Source of the DNA: an uncultured bacterium
GTDB lineage: Bacteria > Babelota > Babeliae > Babelales > Babelaceae
Direction: 5' to 3'
Assembly (NCBI GenBank): GCA_963819815.1
Contig: CAWFXL010000001.1
Location: forward strand, 64,001 to 128,000
Length of the DNA stretch: 64,000 nt
In this document: positions 9,428-19,444 of the stretch, in pieces
How the letters are laid out: each line of letters begins with the position of its first letter
Position numbering within the stretch: the stretch's first letter is position 1
Notes under the pieces: generated by a model
What the model saw: only the letters and a program-made list of their open reading frames with translations
What the model was told of the DNA's origin: nothing
Database searches by the model: none
Position numbers and translations under genes: made by a program

Positions 9428-10357
9428 CTAGAAACCCTTATGTTTAAGATAGCGCTCTGCATCAAGAGTTGCTGCACATCCTGAGCCCGCAGCTACGATT
9501 GCCTGCCTATAGCGGCTATCAACAACATCCCCAGCTGCAAATACTCCTTCTACAGAAGTCTGTGTATGCTCTAATAGATGAAGATAGCCATTGGGAGCCA
9601 TATCAAGCTGACCTTTAAAAAGATGGGTATTGGGGGTTAATCCGATGGCAATAAATACCCCATTAACGTCAAGCTTATGGCTTTCATGGGTCTCTTGGTT
9701 GGTGACCGTTACCTCGGTTACTTTTTTGCCGTCGCCTTCTATTGCAGTTACGGTACTTGAATAAATAATCTTAATATGAGGGTTATTGATGACTCGTTCT
9801 TGCATCGCATAGGAAGCACTCAGCTTCTTAGATATATGGACGATAGTTATAAATTGCGTAAAGTTCGTCAGAAATGATGCATTTTCCATAGCGGTATCGC
9901 CGCCACCGACGATTACGACCGGTTTATCTCTGAAAAAGACTCCGTCACAGACGGCACAGGTCGTAACTCCTTTGCCCCAATAGTCAGATTCCCCCGGGCA
10001 ATTCAGTCTTTTAGGAGTAGCCCCAGTTGAAATAATAAGGGCATGAGTATGAATTTCAGTTGATTGGTTCGTCATGAGAGAAAAAGGACGACGTGAAAGG
10101 TCTACCTTTGTAACCGTTTCATCGAGGAATTGAGTCTTATAGTGCGCAGCATGGGTGCGCAACTGTTTCATAAGTGCAGGTCCCTGAATACTTATTTCTC
10201 CAGGCCAGTTTTCAACGAGTGTCGTGGTCATAAGTTGGCCACCTGGCTCATGGCCTTCAATAACTAAGGGTGATAAACCAGCGCGACTTGCATAGATTGC
10301 AGCAGTCAGCCCTGCAGGTCCTGAACCGAGGATAACGAGTTTTTCGTGTTTGCTCAT
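9428..10357 (-). CDS. trxB: Thioredoxin reductase
   Basis: GSGPAG, CAVCDG, GGGDTA, GVFAAGDV. Confidence 0.97.
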   Translation of the reverse strand: MSKHEKLVILGSGPAGLTAAIYASRAGLSPLVIEGHEPGGQLMTTTLVENWPGEISIQGPALMKQLRTHAAHYKTQFLDETVTKVDLSRRPFSLMTNQSTEIHTHALIISTGATPKRLNCPGESDYWGKGVTTCAVCDGVFFRDKPVVIVGGGDTAMENASFLTNFTQFITIVHISKKLSASYAMQERVINNPHIKIIYSSTVTAIEGDGKKVTEVTVTNQETHESHKLDVNGVFIAIGLTPNTHLFKGQLDMAPNGYLHLLEHTQTSVEGVFAAGDVVDSRYRQAIVAAGSGCAATLDAERYLKHKGF

Positions 10358-11667
10358 AAGCTTGTATCGGAAGTAACTTCTCGTATAAGGTGATTAAGTG
10401 TTTTTTCTCTAAAACAGTACCTCTTTAAAAGTGCGCTTGAGAGGGGGATTTCATGCCCCTCGACTTTAGGTTGAGGCACTTTAAAATAAATAAAGTTTGC
10501 CACACGAGGTCTCTTCAAAAGATTAAGATACGCGCAAATGTCTTGAGAATCAACTGTAATTCCCATTTGGTACCCGATCGAGTCAGTGATAATAGCTTCC
10601 TTGAGCTGTTTTTCAGCAAGAGACTTAATTTTCTCTTTAAAATCATCAAGCGCTTTGTATACCAGATAGTCTGGGGTATTTTGTACGGTATGAAGAACCA
10701 TTTCTTGCTGTTGTTGAAGAAGGTGTGGAGGCAATGAGAAAAAGTATTGTTTATTAAGGAGCTTGAAAACTGCCTCTATGGTCTCTTTTCTGAGTGTTAT
10801 GTCATTGCGTGTTGAAAATACTTCAACGAGCTTTGCGGGAATTTCGATATCATCTTGAAGATCAAATTGATGCTTAAAAAGATCAAGTGAAAAGAAGCTT
10901 CCATGGAGTTTCTGCTTAATCTCGACGAGAAACCCATATTCAATGTCGGATGCTGTGCTTACATACTCTTGCAGGAATACTGCATCAGAAAAGAAACGGT
11001 CTCCAACTTTTTTGTCTAAGAGAAGCTCATGGAGGTTTTTGTCATCTTCTCCTGCTTGTAAACAGACCCAAAGGTCACTTTTAAAGCCAGGAATCAAAGC
11101 ATTCTTTTCGCAGTCAAGTATCGATACCTCAAAGTTGACCCAATCATCAATTCCGATGGTATCGTTGTAAGGGGACTTTTTTTGAAAGGTGAGCTCTTCA
11201 TGCATAAAATGCTCTACTTGCCGATCAAGGTCTTTATAATTCTTACGATTTAAAGGCTTGAGATGAACCTTTTTCCAGCGCTCTTCATTATCAAAATTTG
11301 CCGTCGCAAGCTGAAACACAAACTCAGCGTTACCTTCTGGCTCGAGCCTAATATCTATAAGGTCTGGATCGCCCACAATGACTATTTTTTTGGTACTTAA
11401 TGAATCATAGAGTTGATGTACCACACAATGGGTAAAGAGAAGCTCTTTCAAATGCTCAATAATGTGTGCCCTAAAATTTTGCTCGATGTACTGCATGGGC
11501 GTACTGCCTTTTTCAAACCCATACGTTTTTTCTTGCTTTTTGCGTGAGAGCAGTGCTTCATGATATAAAGCATGGACATATTCTTTGCCGATGACAACGG
11601 TAGCTCTTTGCCTTTGTGGTTTTTCTTCGACAACAGAAAACCCAAAGCTTCTTCCTAACTCTTCCAT
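10354..11667 (-). CDS. tig: Trigger factor-like protein, divergent (start re-assigned to MEELGR)
   Basis: Size, GFEKGSTP variant of the TF signature, FKBP-like middle, location directly after tRNA-Leu. Confidence 0.75.
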   Translation of the reverse strand: MEELGRSFGFSVVEEKPQRQRATVVIGKEYVHALYHEALLSRKKQEKTYGFEKGSTPMQYIEQNFRAHIIEHLKELLFTHCVVHQLYDSLSTKKIVIVGDPDLIDIRLEPEGNAEFVFQLATANFDNEERWKKVHLKPLNRKNYKDLDRQVEHFMHEELTFQKKSPYNDTIGIDDWVNFEVSILDCEKNALIPGFKSDLWVCLQAGEDDKNLHELLLDKKVGDRFFSDAVFLQEYVSTASDIEYGFLVEIKQKLHGSFFSLDLFKHQFDLQDDIEIPAKLVEVFSTRNDITLRKETIEAVFKLLNKQYFFSLPPHLLQQQQEMVLHTVQNTPDYLVYKALDDFKEKIKSLAEKQLKEAIITDSIGYQMGITVDSQDICAYLNLLKRPRVANFIYFKVPQPKVEGHEIPLSSALLKRYCFREKTLNHLIREVTSDTSL

Positions 11668-11689
11668 CTCTCTCCCTTTTGTATATGTA

Positions 11690-11774
11690 TGGTGCAAGAG
11701 GAGGGACTTGAACCCCCACCCCTTTCGGGACTGGATCCTAAGTCCAGCGCGTCTGCCAATTTCGCCACTCTTGC
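11690..11774 (-). tRNA. tRNA-Leu(TAG)
   Basis: GCAAGAGTGGCGAAATTGGCAGACGCGCTGGACTTAGGATCCAG..., long variable arm, encoded CCA. Confidence 0.96.
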
Positions 11775-12117
11775 AAACTTTAAGCCCTTGATTTCTTACT
11801 TCATTTTAAAAAACGAGGCTTACTGATTTATACAATCAGCCTAGATAACTATAGCAGACTTTGAGGAAAAAAAGAAGATTAAACAAGGGAGATTGCTTGC
11901 CTTATCTTGTCTGCACGGAGCAACACTGTAGCCTTGCCGAGCAAATAGTTGGCTAGAGCAAGAATGTCTACAAAGGCATTTGCTTAACGAATTAAAGGAT
12001 CTGGGAATTGCTTATTGCGCGTGAACCCAGCTTCTGAGCGTTAATGGCAAGCCTCAGACAAGAAATAACTGAGCTCGAGCTAACTCGCAAGATAGGATCA
12101 AGGTATTGTAGATAGAT

Positions 12118-12780
12118 CTATCCAACCTTTTTGATCCAATAAGGCAATGGGTGATCTTGTACACGAGATGGTCCTTCCACTTGAATCGTATTCCAGGCAG
12201 CGTATGTAACCAAATTCGTTTTGTGGTAACCAAGATGCGCCCACAAAGCATCTAATTCTTTATATCCTTCGGGCTTAAGTGGGTGATGCTCATGAGATTC
12301 GCTCGTAAAACATACATAGCCAAAACCTACAGACATACTGTATGTTTCTACACACTCTGTTAAACGGGTGGCTAATGATTTTCCTCTGTGTTCTTCGAGA
12401 ATAATTATATCGGTAATGTAATAAAAGCAATCAGGATCTATGCCATGACTTTTAAATAGCTCGACTGATCCCATAAAATGCGGTCCATACAAAGTGAAGG
12501 GTATTCCCAGGGCACACCCAACAGGAACATCTTCATGAAAAGCGATAGCAAATGTTGCATAGGGAACTTGAGCATGCCACTCTAATAGTTCATAACCTTC
12601 GCTGAGATTACCTTCATAGAGGTAGGGATATCCACGGTATGCATCAACTCTCTGTTGAGCTATAAAGGGAATCATATACTGCATAGCATTGCCGGTGAGA
12701 AGCCTTACGTGATAGCCTTCGTGAGCGGCACTTGCAACATTCAAGTAGCTTACTAGTACTAAAATAAGTTTACAATTCAT
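12118..12780 (-). CDS. GNAT-family acetyltransferase with a signal-peptide-like N-terminus
   Basis: ITDIIILEEHRGKSLATRL acetyl-CoA motif; YPYLYEG and LWAHLGY segments; GAGGTGGA SD. Confidence 0.8.
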   Translation of the reverse strand: MNCKLILVLVSYLNVASAAHEGYHVRLLTGNAMQYMIPFIAQQRVDAYRGYPYLYEGNLSEGYELLEWHAQVPYATFAIAFHEDVPVGCALGIPFTLYGPHFMGSVELFKSHGIDPDCFYYITDIIILEEHRGKSLATRLTECVETYSMSVGFGYVCFTSESHEHHPLKPEGYKELDALWAHLGYHKTNLVTYAAWNTIQVEGPSRVQDHPLPYWIKKVG

Positions 12781-12900
12781 TTCCACCTCTTCTGTGCACA
12801 ATTAACTAAGCATAACTATAATAGACTTTGGAAAAACATGGTGATTGGTTGCATCGTCTAGAGGCTTGCCCTTACAAATGCGCTATCGGCAGAGCCTTGG

Positions 12901-14367
12901 TTACAAAGGGCGAGCAAATAATACCTCCATCGTCATTTGATTATCAACTGCAGATGCATATTGTGCATTCTCAACAGCGCCATAAGGAGTAATCATTGTG
13001 GTAAAAAGGCTGCATCTGGTGCCAGTTACTCTTCGAAAACATTCCTTTCTAAAGCGTAACTTCTCAGCATATTCTTTAGTAACCACAAAAGGTGCGTGGG
13101 CATATTTGATTTCACATAGGTTTATGCAATTGTCTGCACGCTTTAGGACAAGATCGATGTGTGCTCCTTGGTCTGTGCTGCCATTATGAGCATGGTATCG
13201 CCAGCTACTTGCTTTTACGGAAACTCCACTGATGCCGAGCCCAATAAGTATATTTTTAATGTGCTTCAGGCATATACCTTCAAACGTATAGCCGGCCCAA
13301 GCGCGGTATGAAGGGGAATCTTGCGCCTGTTGCCAATAGTGCTCTTGCGTGCCTTTGACACTTCCTTCAAAAGATGGCTGTATCCAAGTAAGGTAAAAAA
13401 GTGAATATTCATCGATCAACCGATATTGGGCTTCTCGCTTCTTTTTTTCGAAGTTAGGGATTGCTGCAATAAAACCAGAAGCTATAAGTTCATCTAAGAT
13501 TCTGGAAAAACTTCCTCCAGTATTTAATCCTGTGGCTTCTAGTAACTCGTTTTGGGTCAGGCCTTCTCGGTGCTTTGCAAGGGCTTTTACAAGTGCAAGG
13601 TGCATTTCAGAATGATCAAAAAGTGATGAGAAGAGGCGGCCAAATTCGTTAGCTAAAGGGGCATCTGGCGAAAAGCATGCTTCTTGAATGATCTGTACGG
13701 GCGATTTGCCTCGCACAATGGTATCAAGATATTTGGGGATACCTCCAAATGCCATATAGAGCTCAATAATCTGCTTGCGCTCTAACTCGACTCCCTTTGC
13801 CCTGCAAAATTGTTCCGTTTCTGAAAGTGTGTAAGGCTCGAGCCTTATTTCTGCTGTTAGGCGACCATAAAAGCCACCCTGATCATTAACAATTTTTTTT
13901 AGAATCCACGATGCAGCCGAACCGCACACAATAAGAATAACGTTAGGCATGCGTGATAAATATCTATTCCATACATGGTCTAAAGCTTGCAAAAAACCAG
14001 AACGTGCAGACGCAAGCCAGGGAAGTTCATCGAGGAAAATAGTAACTTTTTGTGAGCTATCAATCATCTCAATCTGTCTACGTAGTATGGTAAAGGCTTC
14101 CTGCCAGTCACGTGGAGCTGGCTGCATATGCCCCTCAAAAAAAACGTCTGCAAGTTCCACTGCAAAGTTTTGTAACTGGACTTTTGTGGTTGCCTTTTTA
14201 ATGCCTGCCACCTCAAAATAGAAGCTTTTGGGTTTGAAGAAGCGGCTGATAAGGAATGTTTTTCCTACCCGTCTTCTCCCGTAGATTGCTAAGAATTCTG
14301 CTTTATGCGATGTATACAGTCTTTCTAAGATGAGAAGTTCGCGCTGACGACCAATTATATCCTGCAT
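12901..14367 (-). CDS. AAA-family (archaeal-ATPase-like) ATPase + winged helix + C-terminal PD-(D/E)XK-like domain
   Basis: YGRRRVGKT Walker A, IFLDELPW Walker B, LTQNELLEATGL...FSRILDELIASGFI wHTH, IDLV...CEIKY. Confidence 0.88.
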   Translation of the reverse strand: MQDIIGRQRELLILERLYTSHKAEFLAIYGRRRVGKTFLISRFFKPKSFYFEVAGIKKATTKVQLQNFAVELADVFFEGHMQPAPRDWQEAFTILRRQIEMIDSSQKVTIFLDELPWLASARSGFLQALDHVWNRYLSRMPNVILIVCGSAASWILKKIVNDQGGFYGRLTAEIRLEPYTLSETEQFCRAKGVELERKQIIELYMAFGGIPKYLDTIVRGKSPVQIIQEACFSPDAPLANEFGRLFSSLFDHSEMHLALVKALAKHREGLTQNELLEATGLNTGGSFSRILDELIASGFIAAIPNFEKKKREAQYRLIDEYSLFYLTWIQPSFEGSVKGTQEHYWQQAQDSPSYRAWAGYTFEGICLKHIKNILIGLGISGVSVKASSWRYHAHNGSTDQGAHIDLVLKRADNCINLCEIKYAHAPFVVTKEYAEKLRFRKECFRRVTGTRCSLFTTMITPYGAVENAQYASAVDNQMTMEVLFARPL

Positions 14368-14404
14368 AGTGTTCCTCGGTTTCTTCTAGACAACTGGCTC
14401 AACT

Positions 14405-14566
14405 TTGGCGATAAGTCTATAAAAAACATACTTACCGCCAAATATACATCCAACTTGGCGATAAGTCTATAAAAAACATACTTACCGCCAAATATACACT
14501 CAACTTGGCGACAAGTAGTAAAAAAAACCACTTATCGCCAAATATGCGCTAAACTTGGCGATAACT
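14405..14566. repeat. Tandem 50-bp repeat array forming 7 alternating inverted 12-bp boxes (TTGGCGATAAGT / ACTTA(C/T)CGCCAA) at 25-bp pitch
   Basis: Boxes start at 14405, 14430, 14455, 14480, 14505, 14530 and 14555; all linkers are 13 bp. Confidence 0.95.
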
Positions 14567-14691
14567 TTTTTTAGGAAGTATTTTTTTTCGTCTTCTTCTC
14601 CAAGGAAGTACGTATACGGCATTTTTTTTTGTCCCAGAAAAAGCGGTTCTAAGGTGGCAGCACTTGATTGCGTGTTTCAGGACCTCCAAAT

Positions 14692-14718
14692 AAAAAAGGG
14701 GCTTTCATAGCCCCTTTC
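14692..14718 (-). terminator. Intrinsic terminator after frr
   Basis: AAAGGGGCT-TTCAT-AGCCCCTTT hairpin with a T run on the minus strand. Confidence 0.8.
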
Positions 14719-14735
14719 AAATGAGTGCGATGTAC

Positions 14736-15323
14736 TTAGAGTGATTTAAGTTCTTGCTCTTTCTTTTCACCTATATCATCAACTTTTTTGATCATGCGGT
14801 CAGTAACTTTTTGAAGTGAGTCTTGTACACGCCGCCCATAGTCTTCTGATATGGCTTTTGATTTTTCAAGATCTCTTAATTGATTATGAAGCTCTTTTCG
14901 AACGTTTCGTATGGCGATTTTTGCTTGCTCGATTCTTTGGCCTACAACTTTTGCTAACTCATCGCGGCGAGTGCTACTCATTTTAGGCAATTGTATTCTA
15001 ATAACATTACCATCATTTGCTGGAGAGAGCCCCAATTCTGAGGTTGAGAGAGTTTTCTCGATAGCAGGAATATTTTCTTTATCCCAAGGTTGTACCATAA
15101 GAAGAGCTGCATCAGGAGCTGAAACGGCTGCAATCTCTCGTAATGGCATAAGCGTGCCATAACTTGGCACTTTAATGTCTTCTATCATAGAAGGATGAGC
15201 TCTGCCAGTGCGTATTTTAAGAAGCTCTTTTTCAAAACTACTAATATGACTTTCCATCTCTTTTTCTACGGTGGCTTCGAATTGCTTTACAGGAGCATTT
15301 TCGGTGAGGGTAATTTTTAGCAT
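14736..15323 (-). CDS. frr: Ribosome recycling factor (start re-assigned to MLKITL)
   Basis: IRTGRAHP, QPWDK, IAIRNVR. Confidence 0.95.
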   Translation of the reverse strand: MLKITLTENAPVKQFEATVEKEMESHISSFEKELLKIRTGRAHPSMIEDIKVPSYGTLMPLREIAAVSAPDAALLMVQPWDKENIPAIEKTLSTSELGLSPANDGNVIRIQLPKMSSTRRDELAKVVGQRIEQAKIAIRNVRKELHNQLRDLEKSKAISEDYGRRVQDSLQKVTDRMIKKVDDIGEKKEQELKSL

Positions 15324-15339
15324 TAAGAATCCTTCTGGG

Positions 15340-16047
15340 TTAGGCCTGGCAAATTGTGCTGCCAAATTCTTTGTTGTGAGCTGCTTCAATCAAGGCGTTT
15401 TCGATAAAAATGTTAAATATTCGTAACGGCAAACTATGAACCTCTGCGAGCGCATAGGCAGCAGAGTCCATAATAGTAAGGTTCTCATCAAGTGCTTCTT
15501 TGTAACGTACTCGTTTTAAAAGCTGAGCATGGGGGTTTTTCAACGGATCTTCAGAATATATGCCATCCACTTTTGTTCCTTTCCACAGTTCAGTAGCCTC
15601 CATTTGCAGTGCTCGTATGACGGCAGTTGTGTCGGTACTGAAGTATGGGTTTCCCGTACCACCTACAAAAATAAGGCACTTTTGCTGTTTGAATGCTTTA
15701 TTGAGTGCTTGCGGTGATGGCAAGATACCTACGGGATCACAAGGAACGGCAGTAAACAGGGTGGTTTCGATACCTGCCTGTTCAAAAACATCTTGCACAA
15801 TGAGCCCGTTCATCATCGTTGCAATCATTCCTACAAGGTGTCCTGTTTGTTCACTGATGCCGGAATGTTTGCTTTGAAGCGATCCACGAAAAATATTTCC
15901 GCCGCCTACCACGATACCAAAGCTGATCGAGGTACTCAGTTTCTTAATTTGGAGAGCAATACTTTTTAACGAAGAAGTATCGACACCTTGAGCGGTATGC
16001 TCAAGAAGATTGCCGGTAAGCTTAACTAAAATCTTCTTACGTTCCAT
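15340..16047 (-). CDS. pyrH: UMP kinase
   Basis: VGGGNIFRG, GTGNPYFSTDT, KVDGIYSEDP. Confidence 0.95.
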   Translation of the reverse strand: MERKKILVKLTGNLLEHTAQGVDTSSLKSIALQIKKLSTSISFGIVVGGGNIFRGSLQSKHSGISEQTGHLVGMIATMMNGLIVQDVFEQAGIETTLFTAVPCDPVGILPSPQALNKAFKQQKCLIFVGGTGNPYFSTDTTAVIRALQMEATELWKGTKVDGIYSEDPLKNPHAQLLKRVRYKEALDENLTIMDSAAYALAEVHSLPLRIFNIFIENALIEAAHNKEFGSTICQA

Positions 16048-16065
16048 ACATAGCCTTTAAGGACT

Positions 16066-16656
16066 TTAAGAACCTATTTCAAATCGTACAAAGCGCTTAA
16101 TTTTAATGCTCTCACCCATTTTTGCAATGACATCTTTAAGTACATCGCCAACGGTCAATTTGTCGTTCTTAATAAATGGCTGATTCAGTAGGCATATATC
16201 GGTGTAATACTTTTCAAGCTTGCCTTCAATAATCTTATCGATCATTTGGGCGGGCTTGCCGGCAAGCTGCTCACGGTAAATAGCACGCTCTTTTTCAAGA
16301 AGTGCAGGATCTACCTCAGTTGCTTGGACGCATAGCGGCCTAAATGCGGCAATTTGCATAGCAACATCATGGGCAAATGCAGCCATGTCTTTTGTACGGG
16401 CAACGAAATCTGTTTCGCAGTTTAATTCAACAAGAACCCCAATAGTATTTCCTGGGTGAATATAAGAAACAATGAGTCCCTCTGCGGTCTCTTTACCAGC
16501 GCGTTTTTCAGCAAGTAGGCCACCTTTTTTTCTCAAAAGCTCAATCGCTTTCTCGATATCTCCACCTGATTCGATAAGAGCCTTCTTACAGTCCATCATA
16601 CCGATACCGGTACGTTCACGTAATTGCTGAATTAATTCAAGAGTAATTTCCGCCAT
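16066..16656 (-). CDS. tsf: Elongation factor Ts, short form
   Basis: LRERTGIGMMDCKKAL, ELNCETDFVA. Confidence 0.97.
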   Translation of the reverse strand: MAEITLELIQQLRERTGIGMMDCKKALIESGGDIEKAIELLRKKGGLLAEKRAGKETAEGLIVSYIHPGNTIGVLVELNCETDFVARTKDMAAFAHDVAMQIAAFRPLCVQATEVDPALLEKERAIYREQLAGKPAQMIDKIIEGKLEKYYTDICLLNQPFIKNDKLTVGDVLKDVIAKMGESIKIKRFVRFEIGS

Positions 16657-16966
16657 GTTATTCCTCGTGCAAGGTGGGTAATTGGTAATATGACTCTAGT
16701 GTGCCAAAAAGAGCCCGTTAGGGCAACTGTGATTCAGCAAGCTCAAGAAAGTGGCGGGGCCCCAATTATTTGAGCTTGCTTATGAGGAACTCTGAGCCGG
16801 AGCATAGGCTCTGAGTAGATGCTCCAGAGCCATAATTCAGAGGAAGGCTCTTAATGGGTCGAACAATAAGGCCATTTGACCTTATTGTAAGAATGAGTTA
16901 CACTTATTTCTACTTGATGAAGTATTTGAATTAAAATAATCGAAATTAAAGAAAATGGATATTCCA

Positions 16967-18244
16967 ATGAAAAAGTTATGTATAGTTCTCATCCTTTTTG
17001 CAAGCCAATGCTTGTATGGCCCGTGCCTCTCTGCAATGAACCGTGCAGTAAACCGTCCAGGGAACCCTTCACGTTTAGTGAATGGCTCTGGGAATCCTTC
17101 TGCCGATCCTTCTGCTGAATCATTTATCGTTGATTTATATATGGGAGATTCGGATCGTGCCTTATATGATATAGCATTATATAACAAATTCCTTGGGCTC
17201 ATAAAGCCTGACTTAAAAAGGTCTTTGGAAGATGATGGCCGCAAAAAGCTCCATAGAAAGCTGCCGGCAGGTACTACTAGTCTTGGACTAGCTCAGATAA
17301 TGATGCACTGCCTTGATGCTCTAGAAAAAAAAGATACTCAAGCATTACTTACTCTGTATACGCAGTATTTGGGGCAGAATAAGCATGCGGAATTTTGTGA
17401 AACGGTAGCTAATGCTCGCATCCTTGGTATTGAGATGATTGTTACTACGGCTCAGGAGTTTTTCAACAACTATTATAAAACCCTCATAGATCACAATAAC
17501 TCGTCTTTCTTTGTCAATCTTATACGATTTCAAAAGGATAGATTTAAAGAGCTTGGTGATATAAATGAGAAAGATCCTGAAACTGGGGAAACTTTTCTGA
17601 ACTATGCTGCAGCCCAAGGCAAGTTTGATATAGTAAAGGCCTTGTTAGATGCTGGAGCTCTGGTAGATAATGCTGACAATCTGGGAATTACTCCATTAAG
17701 AGCAGCTGCTGAAAAGGGAAACCTTGAGATAGTTACTCGGTTACTGGCTGCAAAGGCGGCTATAAATACACCTGACGCGGAAGGAAGAACTCCCCTTATA
17801 GTTGCTGCTAATGAAGGACATCTTGACATCGTCAAAGGGCTTGTCAGAGCAGGAGCAACACAAGATACTCGTGATACCTCAGATATAAATGCTCTTGAGC
17901 ACGCTGCAATGAATAATAAGGATGATATCCTCAGGGAATTGGGGGGCCAGGAGGCACGCGCTGATTTGTCTCTTTTCAAGAGAAAGCTTAAAGCGGGGAT
18001 AAATCAGAGAAAACTACTTAAGAAGATTGCTGAAAATCCTGTTCCTGTAGATCCCAAAAACCCTAAACAGGGTGCTTCTGTTCCACAAAAGAAAGCTCCT
18101 GACAGCAGCCCAGCGGCTGTAGTTGTCAAAGATACGAAGAGTTGGTTTAGCTTTCAGAGGAGTCTTGTTCTTGGGGTTCTTTCTATGGTTGCCTACTACT
18201 ATTTCACGTGGCAACAGGTTGCTCAGAAAGATGCTGATGCTTAG
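16967..18244 (+). CDS. Secreted ankyrin-repeat protein with C-terminal transmembrane anchor
   Basis: About 4 ankyrin repeats (GETFLNYAA, GITPLRAAA, GRTPLIVAA, DINALEHAA); signal peptide; LVLGVLSMVAYYYF. Confidence 0.9.
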   Translation: MKKLCIVLILFASQCLYGPCLSAMNRAVNRPGNPSRLVNGSGNPSADPSAESFIVDLYMGDSDRALYDIALYNKFLGLIKPDLKRSLEDDGRKKLHRKLPAGTTSLGLAQIMMHCLDALEKKDTQALLTLYTQYLGQNKHAEFCETVANARILGIEMIVTTAQEFFNNYYKTLIDHNNSSFFVNLIRFQKDRFKELGDINEKDPETGETFLNYAAAQGKFDIVKALLDAGALVDNADNLGITPLRAAAEKGNLEIVTRLLAAKAAINTPDAEGRTPLIVAANEGHLDIVKGLVRAGATQDTRDTSDINALEHAAMNNKDDILRELGGQEARADLSLFKRKLKAGINQRKLLKKIAENPVPVDPKNPKQGASVPQKKAPDSSPAAVVVKDTKSWFSFQRSLVLGVLSMVAYYYFTWQQVAQKDADA

Positions 18245-18334
18245 ACCCTTATTTATGGGTTGGGTTATCTGCCTCGCTCACATTGATTATGTTGAAGGTA
18301 CAAAAGTAGGTACTTAAAAACCAGATGTTTACCG

Positions 18335-18375
18335 AAACTGAGAGAAGCTTATTAAAAGGCTCTCTCAGTTTTTTT
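18335..18375 (+). terminator. Terminator after the ankyrin gene
   Basis: AAACTGAGAGA...TCTCTCAGTTT plus T run. Confidence 0.7.
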
Positions 18376-18576
18376 CCTCAGTGGGAAAAAGTTGGATTGC
18401 GTAAAAAAGATTCTCGTATGATGCCTGAATGCATAGTGCGACAAGAAGGTTCGGCATAAAAAATGGTAAATTTGGAGAATAGTTCATTGAACTATTACAT
18501 GTCTGTGATACACTATACTTAAAGAAACCTCCTACCCTACAAAGGTATCTCCTAAAACGTTGATAAAGGATTGCTT

Positions 18577-18912
18577 ATGGCACAAACAAAAGAAGTTCCT
18601 GCGATGGATCGTTATGCAATAATTGAGACGGGCGGTAAACAGTACCAAGCTTGTGAAGGAAAAACTCTTGGTATTGAAAAGCTTGATATTAAAGAGGGTG
18701 GTGCTGTATCCTTTGATAGAGTACTGCTGCGCAAAACAGGAACGGCCGTGGAAGTAGGGACTCCATTTTTGAAAACTCCCGTAAAAGCTACGGTTGTTAA
18801 GCATCTAAGGGGACCAAAACTTATTGTCTTTAAGTTTAAGCGACGCAAGCGGTATATGCGTAAAAAAGGCCATCGTCAACCTATTACGGTGGTGAGGATA
18901 GTTTCAATTTAG
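18577..18912 (+). CDS. rplU: 50S ribosomal protein L21
   Basis: YAIIETGGKQY...KKGHRQP. Confidence 0.97.
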   Translation: MAQTKEVPAMDRYAIIETGGKQYQACEGKTLGIEKLDIKEGGAVSFDRVLLRKTGTAVEVGTPFLKTPVKATVVKHLRGPKLIVFKFKRRKRYMRKKGHRQPITVVRIVSI

Positions 18913-18918
18913 GAAAAT

Positions 18919-19230
18919 ATGAAGTTTGGGGGAGTAGTTGCGGTAGTCTGTCTGGTAGCTAGTCTTTATGCTGCCGATTCTTCCCAATCTGACAAATCCC
19001 ATCAGCAGATGCTCGACAGTCTATTTCAGGGCATTGAGCATCTTCCTGTTTCTTACTTGAAAAGATTTCGTTTTATAGATATAGAAAGTCTTTTAGAAGA
19101 TTCTCCTGAGCTTGCGGATCAATTTAAGAGTCTTTCTGAGAAACAACAGGAAGAGCTCATTGATGCCATAGACCAGTTCAATGATGTACTTGCAGAAGGC
19201 TTTTTGGACGCGGCTCAAGACGAACAATGA
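18919..19230 (+). CDS. Small secreted acidic hypothetical protein
   Basis: Signal peptide ...SLYA|AD, AGGA SD, directly after rplU. Confidence 0.65.
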   Translation: MKFGGVVAVVCLVASLYAADSSQSDKSHQQMLDSLFQGIEHLPVSYLKRFRFIDIESLLEDSPELADQFKSLSEKQQEELIDAIDQFNDVLAEGFLDAAQDEQ

Positions 19231-19444
19231 TTCTTAGGTCTCTTACAGAAGATCCGATACCAATACCCATCATTAAAAGTACTTTCGAGATATCCTAGAC
19301 ACCTTTTATTATCATCCTACAGTATTAATCATCATTATGGCCCACGGGTATTTCAATAAGGATAAAATTCTTTACTAATATCTAGATTTTCATTCAGATT
19401 ATGGGGTATGCTAATACTAGGAGTATAAAAAAAGCAGGTGTCTT

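Noticed and set aside
14405..14566. CRISPR array interpretation of the 50-bp repeats
   Set aside because: The linkers are only 13 bp and nearly identical between units, there are no unique spacers, and no cas genes are in the window.
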